Assembly (NCBI RefSeq): GCF_020745735.1
Contig: NC_083434.1
Location: forward strand, 40,607,966 to 40,671,965
Direction of reading: 5' to 3'
Origin: Hemiscyllium ocellatum
Lineage: Eukaryota
Length of the DNA stretch: 64,000 nucleotides
In this document: piece after piece, positions 49,131 through 62,812 of the stretch
How the letters are laid out: the number at the start of each line of letters is the position of its first letter
Numbering within the stretch: the first letter of the stretch is position 1
Translations under genes and position numbers: made by a program
Notes under the pieces: generated by a model
Seen by the model: only the letters and a program-made list of their open reading frames with translations
The model's database searches: none
What the model was told of the DNA's origin: nothing

Positions 49131-52100
49131 ATAATCAGGTCAGCCATGGATTTATTGACTGGTGAAGTGTTATTAAGGAGCTAATTGGTCTACTTCTGGT
49201 CAGTATTTGCAACTGCAGTCGTGTATGGGAGGGTAGAGAAGTGGTTGTGGAAGTTGTCTGGGGTAAGTGGGAATGTGAAGTAACCACACCTGCCACCACC
49301 ATATTGGGTGACGAAGTAGGCGCTGGAGCCATGCACCTCATTTGTATGCTTCTGTGTTTACTAAAGCCAGGTTACATTTTCTTTGGAAGTGGTTCAGAAA
49401 GGGTCATTCCTGAGATTAAAATGTTCTTTTTCGGGAAAGATTGGGCTATATGAATGAGAGGTGATCTTATTTGAACTTTTGGCGGGGGGGATCAGGGCTG
49501 TTTAACTGGTTAAATTCAAAAGTTATTGCTTTTCAGAATTCCTCAAGTATGGAAGCGGGCCATTCAGTCCATCAATTGGACTGAGGGGAAACCTACAAGG
49601 ACAATGTGCATCTCCAAGCATGATGAAGTGCTGGTATTGGACTGGGTGGACAATTGATTTTTAAATAACTCCAAACAGGTGTCTGAGGGTGGAATCTTAC
49701 CTGGGTCATTGGCGCTGTGAGGTAGCAGGGCTAGCCACTGAGCCATCATGCTGGGAATCTAGAACTGGGACAGAGTTTCAAAGCATGACAGATGAGAAAT
49801 TTATTCTGTGGATTTAGTGTTTGGAGTGCTTCTCCCCTGGTGAGCAGTGAAGATTTATTTCTTTAGGTTACTTCAAGGTTGTTCAACAGTTCTGAGCAAG
49901 GAAGCAGAGGACTTGGGTAATAGGAAAGTGAGAATTAGGGCTACATTTGAGCAGTCCTAACCTTATTGAATGATGGAGGAAGCTTAAGGGATTGAGCACC
50001 CTCCTTGTATTTCTTTTGCATGTGATATGTTTTCAGTCAGGTGAGAGATATCCACGTGCATCAATATAAAATATGACCTTGTCTCTTGACTCCTTTAAAG
50101 TTAATCTGGATGTAGCTCCGAATATTTTAGACCAATTAATGCCCTCTAGTTTCACACTTCTATCACCATTTGCATGAAGAAATGTCCCTTTTTCGGTTTG
50201 ATTTCGTAGGTTGTCCTTGACCTAGACTTCCTACCATAATAAATTTAAAAATCTCAGATGCTTCCATTCAGTCCTTCATATTCATGTGCATTCCATATAA
50301 ACTAATAAAGTTTAATATACATAATCTCGCCATTGCAGTTTGCCTTGGGTGACATTCTGGTTAATATTCACTACATTCCTTTTAATGCTAATTCCTACTT
50401 TTGAAAATGTAGGACCATGAATTAGACAGTTTTAAAGATATGTAACCAATGACATTAATTGCAATAAAAATATGAAATTCTTTAATATTACATAATTACA
50501 AATATTACATCACAATCTGCACATTTCAACCCTACCACCAGTGAAATAAGGAATATCTAAATTCTGACATGGCTTCATTCTTTCTTTGTAAATTTCATGT
50601 TTCACCTCCATTGTTTCTGATTTTAAGTTTCCAAATCAGTCTTGAATATACTTAATCATTCTTGACACATGTCTGTGGTAAAGAATTCCACATATTGACC
50701 ATTTTCTGACACAAAATAAAATTCCTCCTCTTCTCAGTTTTAAATGGGCAACTTCTTTCAAGTGTATCTTTTTGATTCAAGTCCACACTTACCCTCTGAA
50801 GAACACCCAACCAGACTCGTGTCCCAACCCTAACCCTGTAACCTTGCATTTCCCATGGCTAACTCACCTAGCCTGCACATCTCTGGACACTAGACAATTT
50901 AGCATAGCCAATCCACCCAATCTGCATGTCCTTGGACTGCTGGAGGAGACCCATGCAGCCAAAGTGAGAAATGTGCAAAGTCCACACAGACTGTTCCCTA
51001 AGCTGGCATCAAACCTCCTGTTGAGTTATCAATGCTCCACATTTGATGTGGTCAAATCTCACTCTTTTTAGATTGCTTTCTGTTTTTTTACACTTTAGAT
51101 TAGATTCCCTATAGTGTGGAAACAGGCCCACCAGTCCACACCGACCCTCTGAAGAGCAACCCACCCAGACCCATTTCCCTCAGACTAACACACCTAACAC
51201 TAGGAGAAATTTAGCCTAGCTAATTTACCCAACCTACACATCTTTCTGTTGTCTTGCTGTTTTTCCATGTGAAAAATAATAACTGCAAATATTGGTTCTT
51301 CACATACTTTCTTAACTCGATTCTGCAGTGAAAATGGCCTAACTCTTAAAATGTCACAAGATAGATGATACAATGTTGCTGTAGCAGCAATGCTGGTAAC
51401 AAATTTAAGTAACGCAACCAGAATTATGATTTTTGAGTTGGGGATGGGGGTCATGAATCTAAAACTTATTTGAGGTATGTTTCGGTGATGTATGTTTAGT
51501 ATCATTGTCACTTGCTTGAGCAATCTAGATCTATTGCTCTGAGGGCATGGTTTAAAATCCCATCTTGATAGCTGATCACCTGGATATATTGCAGTAACGG
51601 TGATCATTAAACTGTGATATTCATAAACTGCCAACCAATTTACGAAGGCCCTTTTATGGAAGTAAGTCTGCTGTCCCTATCCAGTCTGGTTGGCTTTGAA
51701 TTCAGACCCACAGCAATGTGGATGACTCTTCACTGTCTTCCGAAATAGACTAGTAAGGTACTCCATTCACAGGCATTTAGGGATGGCAACAGACGTTTTC
51801 CTTGCTCTGCCCACACTTCATGAAATAATTTTAAAATGTTGATATCTCTAGGCACTCAATGTGCATAATAGTGACTGAGGATTACTGGAAACTCATATGG
51901 GACCTTGGTCAAAATGTAAATTATTACAATGAATGAGCTCTCCAGGTATTATGATCAGACAACCTATACTGCTATGTATAGCATATATGGCATAATAGCG
52001 GTTGATAGAAGCAGTTGTTTTCATGGGAAAAGTGGATATGGTAACATTCTTTTAATTTCTGTTTATTTGTTGAACTTCATATAAAATGACAAATTATATG

Positions 52101-52687
52101 TTACTGATAAAAGATACATCTTGCTGTCATCAGGACAGTTGCAGGAATGCAAGGAGAAATAACATTTTGTATTTTATGAGAAGAGAGTGCTAATTGAATA
52201 GTATATGGACTCTGGTCGAGACATTACAATGGACAGTGCACCAGTTCAATGATGAATGACTGTTAACTGCCAAGCTTTTTTCCAATTGAAAAAGCATGGC
52301 AGTTGATGCTTGTTTTAAATTAATTCTGGGGATATGAACTCTTATTTATTTTCTTTCCCTAAGCACCCATGAGATGTTTGGGATGAGCCATTTAATTGGC
52401 CAAAGCATTGTTCTTGGGCATGAGCCAGGTAATGGCTGTCAGCTTTTTTAAAACTTGAAACAGATGAAAGTGTTCGAGTGTAAGACAAAAAGCTTTGAAA
52501 AAAATGTTATTTTTCATCCATACTGAAGATTCATTCTAATAAAGGACTATGTGCATTTCTGTAGGGAATTTATTAATTCAGTTCTTTGAATTCAGTTTTG
52601 TACTACAGAAGTGTTCAGATATAACTTACCCAATCCAACTTAATTTCTTGTATTCATTACTTAGGGTGAAGACTTTCACTGACTAAC

Positions 52688-54043
52688 ATGGGTATCCATG
52701 GATTGATGACCTACATTGGAGAAAATCATAATTTTTTTAATAATGTCAAGCTACAAAATACAAAAATTGTGATCGATGGCAACAACTTATTTCATAGACT
52801 TTATTTTGACTCTGGAATTGATCTTAAACATGGAGGTGAATATGATTTGTTTACCGACGTCATCTGCAAATTTTTTGAGGCCTTGTCTCTCTGTAATATT
52901 GCACCATATGTGGTGTTTGATGGTGGATGTGATTGTACTGATAAGAAGTTCGAAACACTCAAACAGCGGGCCAGGAAGAAAATCCAAAATGCGCACATCA
53001 TCTCTAGAGGTGGTGGAGGAATGCTGCTTCCGCTGCTGAATCCAGAAGTTTTTAAACAGGTTTTACTGCAATTGCAAGTACCTTTCGTCCAGTGTCATTC
53101 AGAAGCAGACCGTGACATTGTAACTCTCGCTAATCAGTGGGCCTGCCCTGTTCTGACACTAGATAGTGACTTCTGTATCTTTGATTTGAAAGCTGGTTAT
53201 TGTCCCCTCAATTACTTTAAGTGGCAAAGCGTAACGACTCCAAAAGACCATTCAGGATCCTACATTTCAGCCCAGTGTTTCTCTGTTGAGAATTTCTGTA
53301 AACATTTTAACCTAGTAAACAAAGCCTTACTCCCTCTGTTTGCAGTGTTGAATGGCAATGATTATGCGAACCTACCTACCTTGGAGACCTTTCTTGCCCG
53401 AGTGCATATCCATGCAAGGGCATCTGGTTCAGCAAGAAGGAAAAATATGCGCATTCAAGGGCTTCTGAACTGGCTATCCACATTTTCTGATCCAGAGGAA
53501 GCAATGGAAAACATTCTTAAATGTCTAAAACAAAATGAACGTGAGGAGGTCCGAAAAGTTCTCTGTGCTGTTATGGATGAATATACTCAGTCAGAAGTGG
53601 ATCTTACAAAATTCTTTCAAAATAAAGACCTGAGAGCTCATGTTCCCATTGCATTGGCCAGCAAAGCCCCTGAGTGGATGTGCCTTGCTCTAATGAAGGG
53701 AGAGTTGGCCCCTTTTCTGAGTGACTGCTTGATTTTAAAGAGAGCCTTTTTGCAAACTCAGGTGGAGAATACTGGCAGACCCAGCAGTAATAGATGCTCG
53801 TTGTATATTCGTCAGGTCATATATGGATTGTTACTGTGTGCAAACGAGCCTTATTCTAATCAAATGTTGGATTTATCAGGTAGGGGTTCAATACAGGCAG
53901 GCATTGGTGAAGAAAGACTCAGGAAAATGTCTTGTGTGGATGAATTTGATAGATATGAACAAACGCTGAGAAAATCTAGTGTCCCAGCCGTGCTGAAAGG
54001 ATTCAATGCAAATGAAATCTACTCATTGCAAAGACTACCTGAG
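52688..54043 (+). CDS. ASTE1: Protein asteroid homolog 1 (XPG/FEN-like PIN nuclease), first coding exon (exon starts 52665)
   Basis: MGIHGLM...IVIDGNNL...GGEYD...VVFDGG...EADRDIVTLAN...VLTLDSDFCIFD...GNDY are XPG-family acidic motifs. Acceptor ttacttag| at 52664/52665; donor GAG|GTGAAT at 54043/54044 (phase 0). The ORF-track extension to 54097 is intronic. Confidence 0.95.
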
Positions 54044-56146
54044 GTGAATGTGCATCACAAATACAAAGTGAGAGATATTGAAACGGCGTTATATTGAAGT
54101 GATTTATAGCTTTAATATTTACATGGAGGTATTTTAGATCTGGAGTACAGGGGAACTCTAGGAGAAAGTGAGGACTGCAGATGCTGGAGATTAGAGCTTA
54201 AAAATGTGTTCCTGGAAAAGTGCAGCAGGTCAGGCAGCATCAAAGGAGCAAGAGAATCTACGTTTCTGGCAAAAGCCGTTCTTTAGGAATTGGGGAATCC
54301 CTGATTTACGAAAGTGTTCCCGACAGGGATTTTTAATAGAAGCATTTCCTATACATTTGAACTGTATTGTATTGGTTTGCATTGTATTCTGAATTACAAA
54401 CAGAATCAGTAATAGAACCTGTTCCAACCCCAGGTATTGCCTGTATCTCCCCGATAACATCTATCTGCTGCAATTTAATTAATCCCACAAAGCTTAGCCT
54501 TGGGTCGAAGGACTCGACCTCCCACAGGGAAGAAACTACCCAAGACTGTAGCCTTCCTCCAAACAGCCCCCTGCTTAATTTTAATAAACTTAAGATATGC
54601 TATAGACATCCAGATATTGAGTTGGGGTTTCTCTGTTCAGAATACCTGCTTAAGTATGTAAGAGAATAGAGTTTCAGTTGTAACTGAAAAATTTAAATGA
54701 GTGATTTACTCATTTTACAGTTTTATCATAGAAATTACCACACAATGTACAGCAAATGTTTTAATTCACCAGCAGGTGTGGGACCAGGAGTGTGCTGGTT
54801 GATCAAATATTCTGGATTAGCATAACCACTGTAAACTCTAATGCTTTGAGACATTAACATCCCTTAAGTCTTTGTAAAATCATCAACACCACCTAAAATC
54901 GATTATAAAAACACACAGTAAGTAATAGAAATGTAGTGCAGGGGGTTTACTTATCACTTATACTTTATTTACAGCATAAATATGCAGCCATCGCTGTATG
55001 AGGTATCTAATTGATTTATCGAGTGTGCTGGTCAATAAGGTACCAATTTAAACAAAATTTGCTGTACTTTTAAATGTATCAGTAAACTTATCAAAAAAAG
55101 TAATAACAAATCCAATAGAATCCAGTTTGATGTCTAAACGTTGATGGATATTCTATAAAGTAAGGTTTTACTTGAAAAACCCGAGACAGTAAGGTCCATT
55201 CTCTCAGTAGGAAAAAACGTTTTGATAAGTTGTCAGAGGATTTCTAATACTTTAAACCTTCAGTGTAAGGTGCTTGCTTTCATTTTGTTTTGATCACCAC
55301 CTGCCATTGGAAATGGGATGTTAACTATCCATTCTTCCTCTTTTGATGTAATGCTGTATCATTTAACATTATTTCAAAATTGTTTGGTAAAGATTACTTC
55401 ATGAAATTAAGTTTTATTTAATCAGCTTTGGAACATCATAAACTATCACATGAAAATTTATTTATCTTAATTATGCCAATTTAATAATCTTTTTATTAAA
55501 GGTATACCAGTAGAATAATGCTTTATTTCTCAGTTTACTATTTTTTATTTAACTCTCCGTATGGTCTGTTTTTTTAACATAAATGTTGTTTGATCCTAGT
55601 GTCTAATTGTACTCCTACATAAGAATCTTTTAAATGCCATTATGGTTCCATTATCACTCCTGTCGCTAACGTCTTATTTTAATGCCTGTGTGGTGATGCA
55701 TTTCCAGGCTTCATTTTCCTGCCATGAAATTATTTCTTATGCCTTTTCATTTTTGACTGCGCTGAGTTCTAGTCCATTAACTTATTAATTATAGTGTTTG
55801 TGTGTCCTATCTAATTTCTCTACAAACCTATATTTCCAAATATGTATTATTACAGGGTGTTTATGGAAGATTCCTCCAAGTCATACCACTTCTCTCTCGA
55901 TCATCACAATAATACTTTCTTAACTTTTTTAAAATTTTATTTGGTAAAATAATTCTGTATCAAGCCTGATCTGAAACGTTTTGACCTCCATTCACAATAT
56001 CACGTTCTGCAAATAAGCTATGGTATATTCATGTGCAAAGTAAAGTACCCTCCATTCATTTCAAAATCAGTGTGCCGAATGAATCATTTTTCTTTTTAAA
56101 TGTGTTCTATCCAGTGGTATTTTCGAGTGTGATTAACAATTTAGTG

Positions 56147-56500
56147 GGGAGCTGATAGCCCAGTCGTAATATCACTGGACTAACAATCCAGTCTGAAGTT
56201 TAAGAGACTTGTTCAGATCCTACAGTGGAATTTAAATTCAGTTAATAAATTTGGAATTGATAGCTAATCTCAATAACATCATCAACTGTTATGCAAACCC
56301 ACCTTGTTCACTTTCAGGGAGGGAAATTTGCTGTCTTTAATCAGTCTGGCCTACATGTCACTCTCAGGTACATGGTAGTATGGCTGACTGTTAACTGTCC
56401 TCTGAAGTGGCTGAGCAAGCCACCCAGTTCAAAGATAGTTACAGATGGGCAACAACTGGATTTTTTTCCAGTGATGTCATGTTCTGTGAATGAATAAAGA
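56147..56500 (+). mobile_element. tRNA-derived SINE sharing its 3' tail with the 39040-39672 LINE (copies at ~4980-5230, 10778-11860 split, 51500-51830, 56970-57690(-) split)
   Basis: Recurring aaaccca.ct.gttca...gggaaggaaa..tgc....tctggcctacatgt...gactcttaactg.cctctgaa core and gatgggcaac tail. Confidence 0.65.
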
Positions 56501-57069
56501 CAAAAAAACCTAATAAATGGCTGCCAATGTTTGAGTCGAGGCAAGCTAATCTCAGTTCAAGTGAAATCCATATTTTGTTTGGGAAATACTAATATATTTT
56601 CCACTAAATTGTCAAAAACAAAATTAAGTGGAATTGGGCATAAGTATAGATTTTGAAATTTGGCAAGTTTTCAGCTCTAATCTTTGCTGTTTTAAATTCA
56701 TGAAGTAAGGAGAGAATCTTTCCCAGTTACCACAAGTTCTACCTTTTTTTTTCCCCTCTGGGCTGTAGTGTATAATTTTACTTTCAGCATTTAGGTAGTA
56801 TTTTAAATGCCCTTGATCCACAAAATACACTTGATCCCAAAGCAGAAAAAGGCAGAAATATGAAGCAGGTCCAGAAGCATTTGTGGAGAGAGAAACAAAA
56901 GTTAACATTTCATATCAAGGACTTTTTATCATGAAAAGCTGTTTTCTAGTTGGTCTTTCATGTAATGTGTATGTCTGTCTTCAAGGCCAGCATTTGTTGT
57001 CCATCCTTAATTGATTCTGAATGGTGTGGCTTGTTAGACAAATTCTGAGGATAGTGAAGAATGACTCTT

Positions 57070-57435
57070 TGAGATTTATAAAATTACGAGGGGTATGGAT
57101 GCGATAAATGAACAGGTTATTTCCCTGGGGTGGGGGAGTCCAGAACTAGGTAGTATAGCTTTTAAGGTGAGAGGGGAAAAGATAGATATAAAAGGGACCT
57201 AAGGGGCAATGTTTTCACACAGTAGTGAGTGTATGGAATGAGCTACCAGAGGAAGTGGTGGAAACTGATACAATAACATTTAAAAGGCATCTGGATGGGT
57301 ACATGAATAGGAAGGGTTTAGAGGGATATTGGCCAAATGCTGGCAAATGGGACTGGATTAGGTTAGGATATCTGGTTGGCATAGACTAGTTGGGCCGAAG
57401 GGTCTGTTTCTGTGCTGTATATCTCTATAACTCTA
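57070..57435 (+). mobile_element. CR1 (HER1-like) 3' fragment; similar pieces at ~11350-11705(+), 16145-16670(-), 19470-19850(+), 30740-31225(-), 35108-36520(+), 39690-39985(-), 46890-47520(-), 58650-58790(-), 59335-59790(-)
   Basis: Near copies of the 44150-44505 3' region. Confidence 0.8.
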
Positions 57436-57747
57436 GTCAGCCACATAATAGGTCTGCAATCACATAGACCAGGTCAGGTGGGGCAGCAGATTTCCTTCCC
57501 AAAAATACTTCCGTTTTTACATCAGTGATAAATCAAGTCTCGGTGATGGTGATGACAAAATTATGTTCCCACATCTATTAATCAATTAATTCTGTCAGCT
57601 CCCCCATTGGGTTTGTACCCATATCTCCAATGCATTAGTCTGGGCCTCTGGATTACTAGCTTAGTGACACTACCACTATGCCACCATCTCAGATTGTGAG
57701 TGGATTGATTATTAGAGGACACTGAGCACACATTTTATCTTCTGCAG

Positions 57748-57955
57748 ATTTCTCTGTCGGACAGAATCCACTTTCTACTGGACGTTCTGCAAGCGAAACC
57801 TGATGTGTTGGCATTGCCAGCTCACCTACAGCTAACTGTTGCTGTGACTTGCTACTGGGTGGCTCATGTTGAACCCAAAGTGACATTACACCATCTTCAA
57901 GCTCTGCTACTCTGCATTGTAACTGGAGAACTGAATAAAATCATACAAAAGTCAG
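57748..57955 (+). CDS. ASTE1: ASTE1 second coding exon (not in the ORF track)
   Basis: ttctgcag| ISLSDRIHFLLDVLQAKPDVLALPAHLQLTVAVTCYWVAHVEPKVTLHHLQALLLCIVTGELNKIIQKS G |gtaaa; 208 nt, phase 0 to phase 1; matches the ASTE1 AVxCYW...LHHLQxLLL region. Confidence 0.92.
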
Positions 57956-60900
57956 GTAAATTTGGAAGTATTTAAAAGAAGCTTATTGTCTTTCTGTGCT
58001 TACATACTGCAAATCAGAATAAGATAATTTAGTAGGGAAGGATGCTAGGGTAATTGGTGGTTTGTCTGATCACAGATGGCCATTTCGTATATAGGTATTC
58101 TGACTTGTCATGCTGTAGCTTCAGATTGCAGACTTCTGTGGCTTTTCACAGTGCAGGAGAAAGTGAGTAGTTGATTTATCTGGTGTGCTAAAAGGTTTGT
58201 CCTTTGTTGCCCAAATGCTTTCCTGATCAAAGGAAGCAATTTCACTCATTGAGATTTTATTTCTTCGTTCGTGGGATATAAGCTTCACTGGTAACATAGA
58301 AACGTAGAAAATATGAGCAACATGAACTTTCAAATATTCAATACAACCATGGCTAATCATCTAACTCTGTATCCTGTTGCGGTTTTCTCCTCATACCCTC
58401 GATCTCTCTCTTTTAACTCAAAGAACTATACCAAACTCCTTGAAAACATTTCAATGTTTTGGCCTCAACTATTTTCTGTGGGAGAGAACTTCACAGGCTG
58501 ACCAATTTCTGAATTTGTCTGCATCTCGCTCCTAAGTCAGATACCCCGTATCCTTATTCTGTGTTCCCTTGTTGTGGATTTCCCTAATCAGGAACGTTTT
58601 TCCTGTGTTTACGCTGCCTAGTCCTGTTAAACTTTAAGTTTCTTAGAGTTATAGCCATACAGCATGAAAACAAATCCTTTGGTCCAAACAGTTCACACAC
58701 TGACCATAATCCCAAACAAAACGAGTCCCACCTGCCTGCAGTTGGCCCATTTCCCTCCAAGCATTTATTATTCATGAACTTATCAGCTCGACTTGTCCAA
58801 ATTTCACCGAAGCATTTCTGCATCCTCTCCTCAGTTCATCCTCTCCCACAGCTTTGTCTTGACTGCAAGCTTGGAGATTTTATATTTAGTTCCTTCATCT
58901 AAATCATTAATATGTTATAGCAGGCCAAACAAATCGGCCTTAATATCACCAAATTCGCAGTCCATGAAATTAAACTCTCAAAATTGCTCAATAGGTCCTA
59001 ACCAGATTTATAACAAATCCTGGATACTATATTTACAGCTTTAACAAAAATTAATTTATTATTAATGATGCTACTTTAGCAGAACACTGATTCACAGCGA
59101 AGCAACATGATTAATGTCTACAATCTAAAGCCCAATATTATTTTATTATAACCCCCACTTCCCTCAGATGGACAGACACATGTAAAGGATAAATTAAATG
59201 AGAAAATAAAATAATTGTAATTTGCCAGTTCATAACCAGTTTCAAATGATAGATACAAGACTTTCAGAAATCCTTGGACAGTGGGTTTTTCGCAAACCAA
59301 GTAGAACTGTTTCTCTTGCTTGAATTCAGAAGTCCAAAGAGTCATACAGCACAGAAACAGACCTTTTGGTCAAACTAGTCCATGCCAACTGTAATCCCAA
59401 ACTAAACTGGTCCCACCTGCCTGCACTAGCTGTCCCTCCAAACATTTCTTAATCATGTAATTATCTAAATGTCTTTTAAACATTGTAATTGTACCCACAT
59501 CCACCACTTCCTCTGGAAGTTTGTTTCACACACTAACCACTCTCTGTGTAAAATAAATTTCCCCATGCCTTTTTAAAATCTTTCTTCTCTCACCTTAAAA
59601 ACATGCCCCCAGTCTTGAAATCCCCCAACTGAGGGAAAATACACCTGCCATTCACTTTATCTGTACTCCTCAATAAGGTTACCCCTCATCTTCCTATGGT
59701 CCAATGAAAAATGTCCCATCCAGCCTTTCCTTATAACTCAAGCCTTCCATTCCTGGTAAATCTTTTCTGAACCCTCTCCAGTTTAATAATAATCAGTGAA
59801 TGCAAGCAATTTCAGTAGACTCTCAGAAATATTTACCTGTTCCTTATAGATTGCGATTCTTTCTCAGAACATTCAACAATTCATTTATTGGAGGGAAACT
59901 ATAGACAGCAAAACAAAGCAGCTTAGTCTCTGGAAGTTTCAGGATTTTAACACAGTGACCATAAAAGGGAATTTGTGGGTAGCTGTATTCCCATGTATCT
60001 GCTGCTTTTGTCCTAAGTATTGGGAATCAGGGGTTTGGAGGTATCATTGGGGAAGTCTTGGTGAGTTGTTGCAGTGCATCTTGTAGATGGTACACCTTGC
60101 TGCCATTGGAGGGAATGAATGTTGAAGATAGGAGAAAGCAGCCCCCTTGCTTGCTTACCCGAATGGTTTTGAACTTCTAGAGTAGTGCTGGAACTGCACT
60201 CATCCAGCATTTGGCAGTCGGGGAAGGAGGCCCTCACTGCAGTATTCAGAGTCTCTGACCTGCTCTTGTAGCCAAATGGCTTCTTTCCAAAGTAAGTAGT
60301 GCATTTTTAACCCAGTCAGAGGGTTGAAGGACAAGATAGATTTCCTTTGATTTGTCTTTGAGACCTTGAGCCTTCATCTTGTTCAGCCTTTCAGGCTGTG
60401 TCTAACTTGATTTGTGAAACCTTGAGGATTTCATGTCACATACTTGCTACACATCCGATGCTAAGTGCTTCAGTTCAGGCATTTCTGCTGCTTGTACTAT
60501 TACCATGTTATCACCATTTGATTGCCAGGATCTAAACGCAACTCATAGAATCCCTACAGTGCAGAGTCCACATACATTCTGAGAACATCCCACCCAGAAC
60601 TCGCCTCTATTCCTGTAACCCCACATTTACCATGGCTAGTCCACCTGGCCTGCACATCTTTGGACTATGGTAGGAAACCAGAGCAATCAGTGGAAACCCC
60701 CACAGATGCAGGGAGAACATGCAAACTCCAATCACCCATGCCTGGAATCAAAACTGGGTCCCTGGCGCTATGAGGCAGCAGTGTGAACCACTGAGCAACC
60801 ATGCTGGTATATCAGTGCTGCATCATGTGGTACTGATTTCTCTTTGCAACTTTATTGCACAGAGTTTATGACCAAAAAAATCTGTGCTGCCTTGTCAGTT

Positions 60901-61771
60901 CATATTTTTACTCTTCGCTACCTTAGCTGCCCTGGAGAAAATAGGTAGCAAAAGTTGAATTTATTTTTGCTGTAACACTAGGGGGAGCATCTGCAGCATG
61001 TTCACAGGCAGTGTCAGACAAGCAAATTTGGATATTTTTAAGTATTTCCAGTGTTTCTTAAAACTAATTTTATCATTTACAAATTGACTAACATCCTAAA
61101 TTAAGTTGAGAGATAAAAGTGGAATTTAAGTAAATTTTAAACAATCAATTTGACTGTTCCCCAGAACGTTCTGTTGATTTATCAGTCATTATTATTCAAA
61201 TTCTGATCAGAAATTCATCAGGGTATAGTACTTATGGGATTTTCTGCAGCTTGTATTTTTATTTTTATTAGTTATTTTCTACAATTTAATGCATTCTGTG
61301 GTAGCTGAGATCTTTGCTGACTATCATTCCTGTAGCTGAGATGATGGACTATTCACTGCAGTTGTTCAGTGAGTTGAATAAAAAGCTAAAATAAATGATT
61401 TAAAGCATAAAATTTAAAAAAAAATTCAGTGTAAGGTTTAAAATGGGATTGAGAGCCCCATTAACTATCAAAGCAACTAGCCAAGCTGTGCAGGCTCCTG
61501 TCATTGACTGAAAATTAGTTGTGTATCTGAGACTTCACTGGTTCTCAGAAGTAGTAAACAAAATTGTTTCCATCTTCCTAGCCTCCAAATCCCTGCTTCG
61601 TACCCTGTCTGCTGCCCTAGCTGAGACCAGCTCAATAAATACAAAAAGAAAGGTTAAATCTGAGGCCTTTTGCTAGTGATAAATCATCAAATAGAAAATC
61701 TTAGAATCAGTTTCGTTGATTTACTCCTAAAGCAGAGGGTTCTGGAACAAGGGTTAACAATACATGGTGGT

Positions 61772-61982
61772 TCTGGATTAGTGGTGCTGGAAGAGCACAG
61801 CAGTTCAGGCAGCATCCGAGGAATAGTAAAATCGACGTTTCGGGTAAAAGCCCATCAGGAATAAAGGCTTTTGCCCGAAACGCGATTTTACTGCTCCTCG
61901 GATGCTGCCTGAACTGCTGTGCTCTTCCAGCGTCACTAATCCAGAATCTGGTTTCCAGCATCTGCAGTCATTGTTTTTACCT
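61772..61982. mobile_element. Palindromic Penelope pLTR insertion
   Basis: Inverted arms; TSD AATACATGGTGGT at 61759-61771 and 61983-61995. Confidence 0.88.
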
Positions 61983-62616
61983 AATACATGGTGGTGTCTA
62001 ACTTGATTTGTAAGGAATCTTTTAATAGGAGTCGCAGGGTGTCAGTAGTCAGATATCAGTGCATTTATAAGAACAAAGATGTAGCCTATTTTAGCTTGTG
62101 CCACCATCCAATATGATCATAACTGACTGTGGATTCAATTCCACTTTCCTGTCTGTCACCTATAACCCACAACTTACTTGTCCATTAAAAATCTGTGAAA
62201 ATAAGTCTTCAATATAATCAATGATCCAGTGTACTGTGCTTTCCGAGGGAAGCTAATTTCTCTTAATGGGTCATTGCTTAGTGGAAAGAAATAAACTCTT
62301 GTCTTAAAAGGGAGACCTCTTATTCTTCGTTTGTCCCTTAGTTTTAGTGTCTTCATGATATTTCCCCCATTTTCCCTCAGGATCATAAAAATATCACCTC
62401 TCATTCTCCTGAATCCATTGTGTACATGCTCAACTTATTTAGCTTCTCCTCATAAATCAGCCTAGCAATGAGTCAACTGAACCCTATCACAAGGAGCCCA
62501 TGACCACTCTGCATTACGAGGGGCCAGTAGCTGAGAGCTCAGTGTTAGATCTAACAATGAAAAATTATAAATAATTGCTGCGCATGACTAATTAGGTTCA
62601 CGATCAATGTCCTTAG

Positions 62617-62812
62617 GTAACAGCAGCTTTGACGAGAAGAGCATCAGAATGGTGCGTGACAGACTGACCCACGTGAAAGAAAGGAAACAGCAAATGTGGA
62701 ATCTGGACCTAAATGTGGCTCACATGTTCTGTCAGTGGCAGAGCTGTCTGTTAATGGGAATCTACCTAAATCAGCTTTTGTGCTTTCCCCTTCCTGTGCC
62801 TGATATTACACG
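62617..62812 (+). CDS. ASTE1: ASTE1 third coding exon
   Basis: ccttag| GNSSFDEK...LDLNVAHMFCQWQSCLLMGIYLNQLLCFPLPVPDITR |gtaagg; phase compatible with the previous exon; matches the ASTE1 AHxFCQWQSCL motif. The final exon is not in the window. Confidence 0.93.

Noticed and set aside
54044-54097. C-terminal VNVHHKYKVRDIETALY of the 469-aa ORF
   Set aside because: Read-through past the GAG|GTGAAT donor; the protein continues in frame at exon 57748.
54367-54669. ORF with IEPVPT resembling an ASTE1 segment
   Set aside because: The true homologous exon is 57748-57955; this ORF lacks the CYW and LHHLQ motifs.
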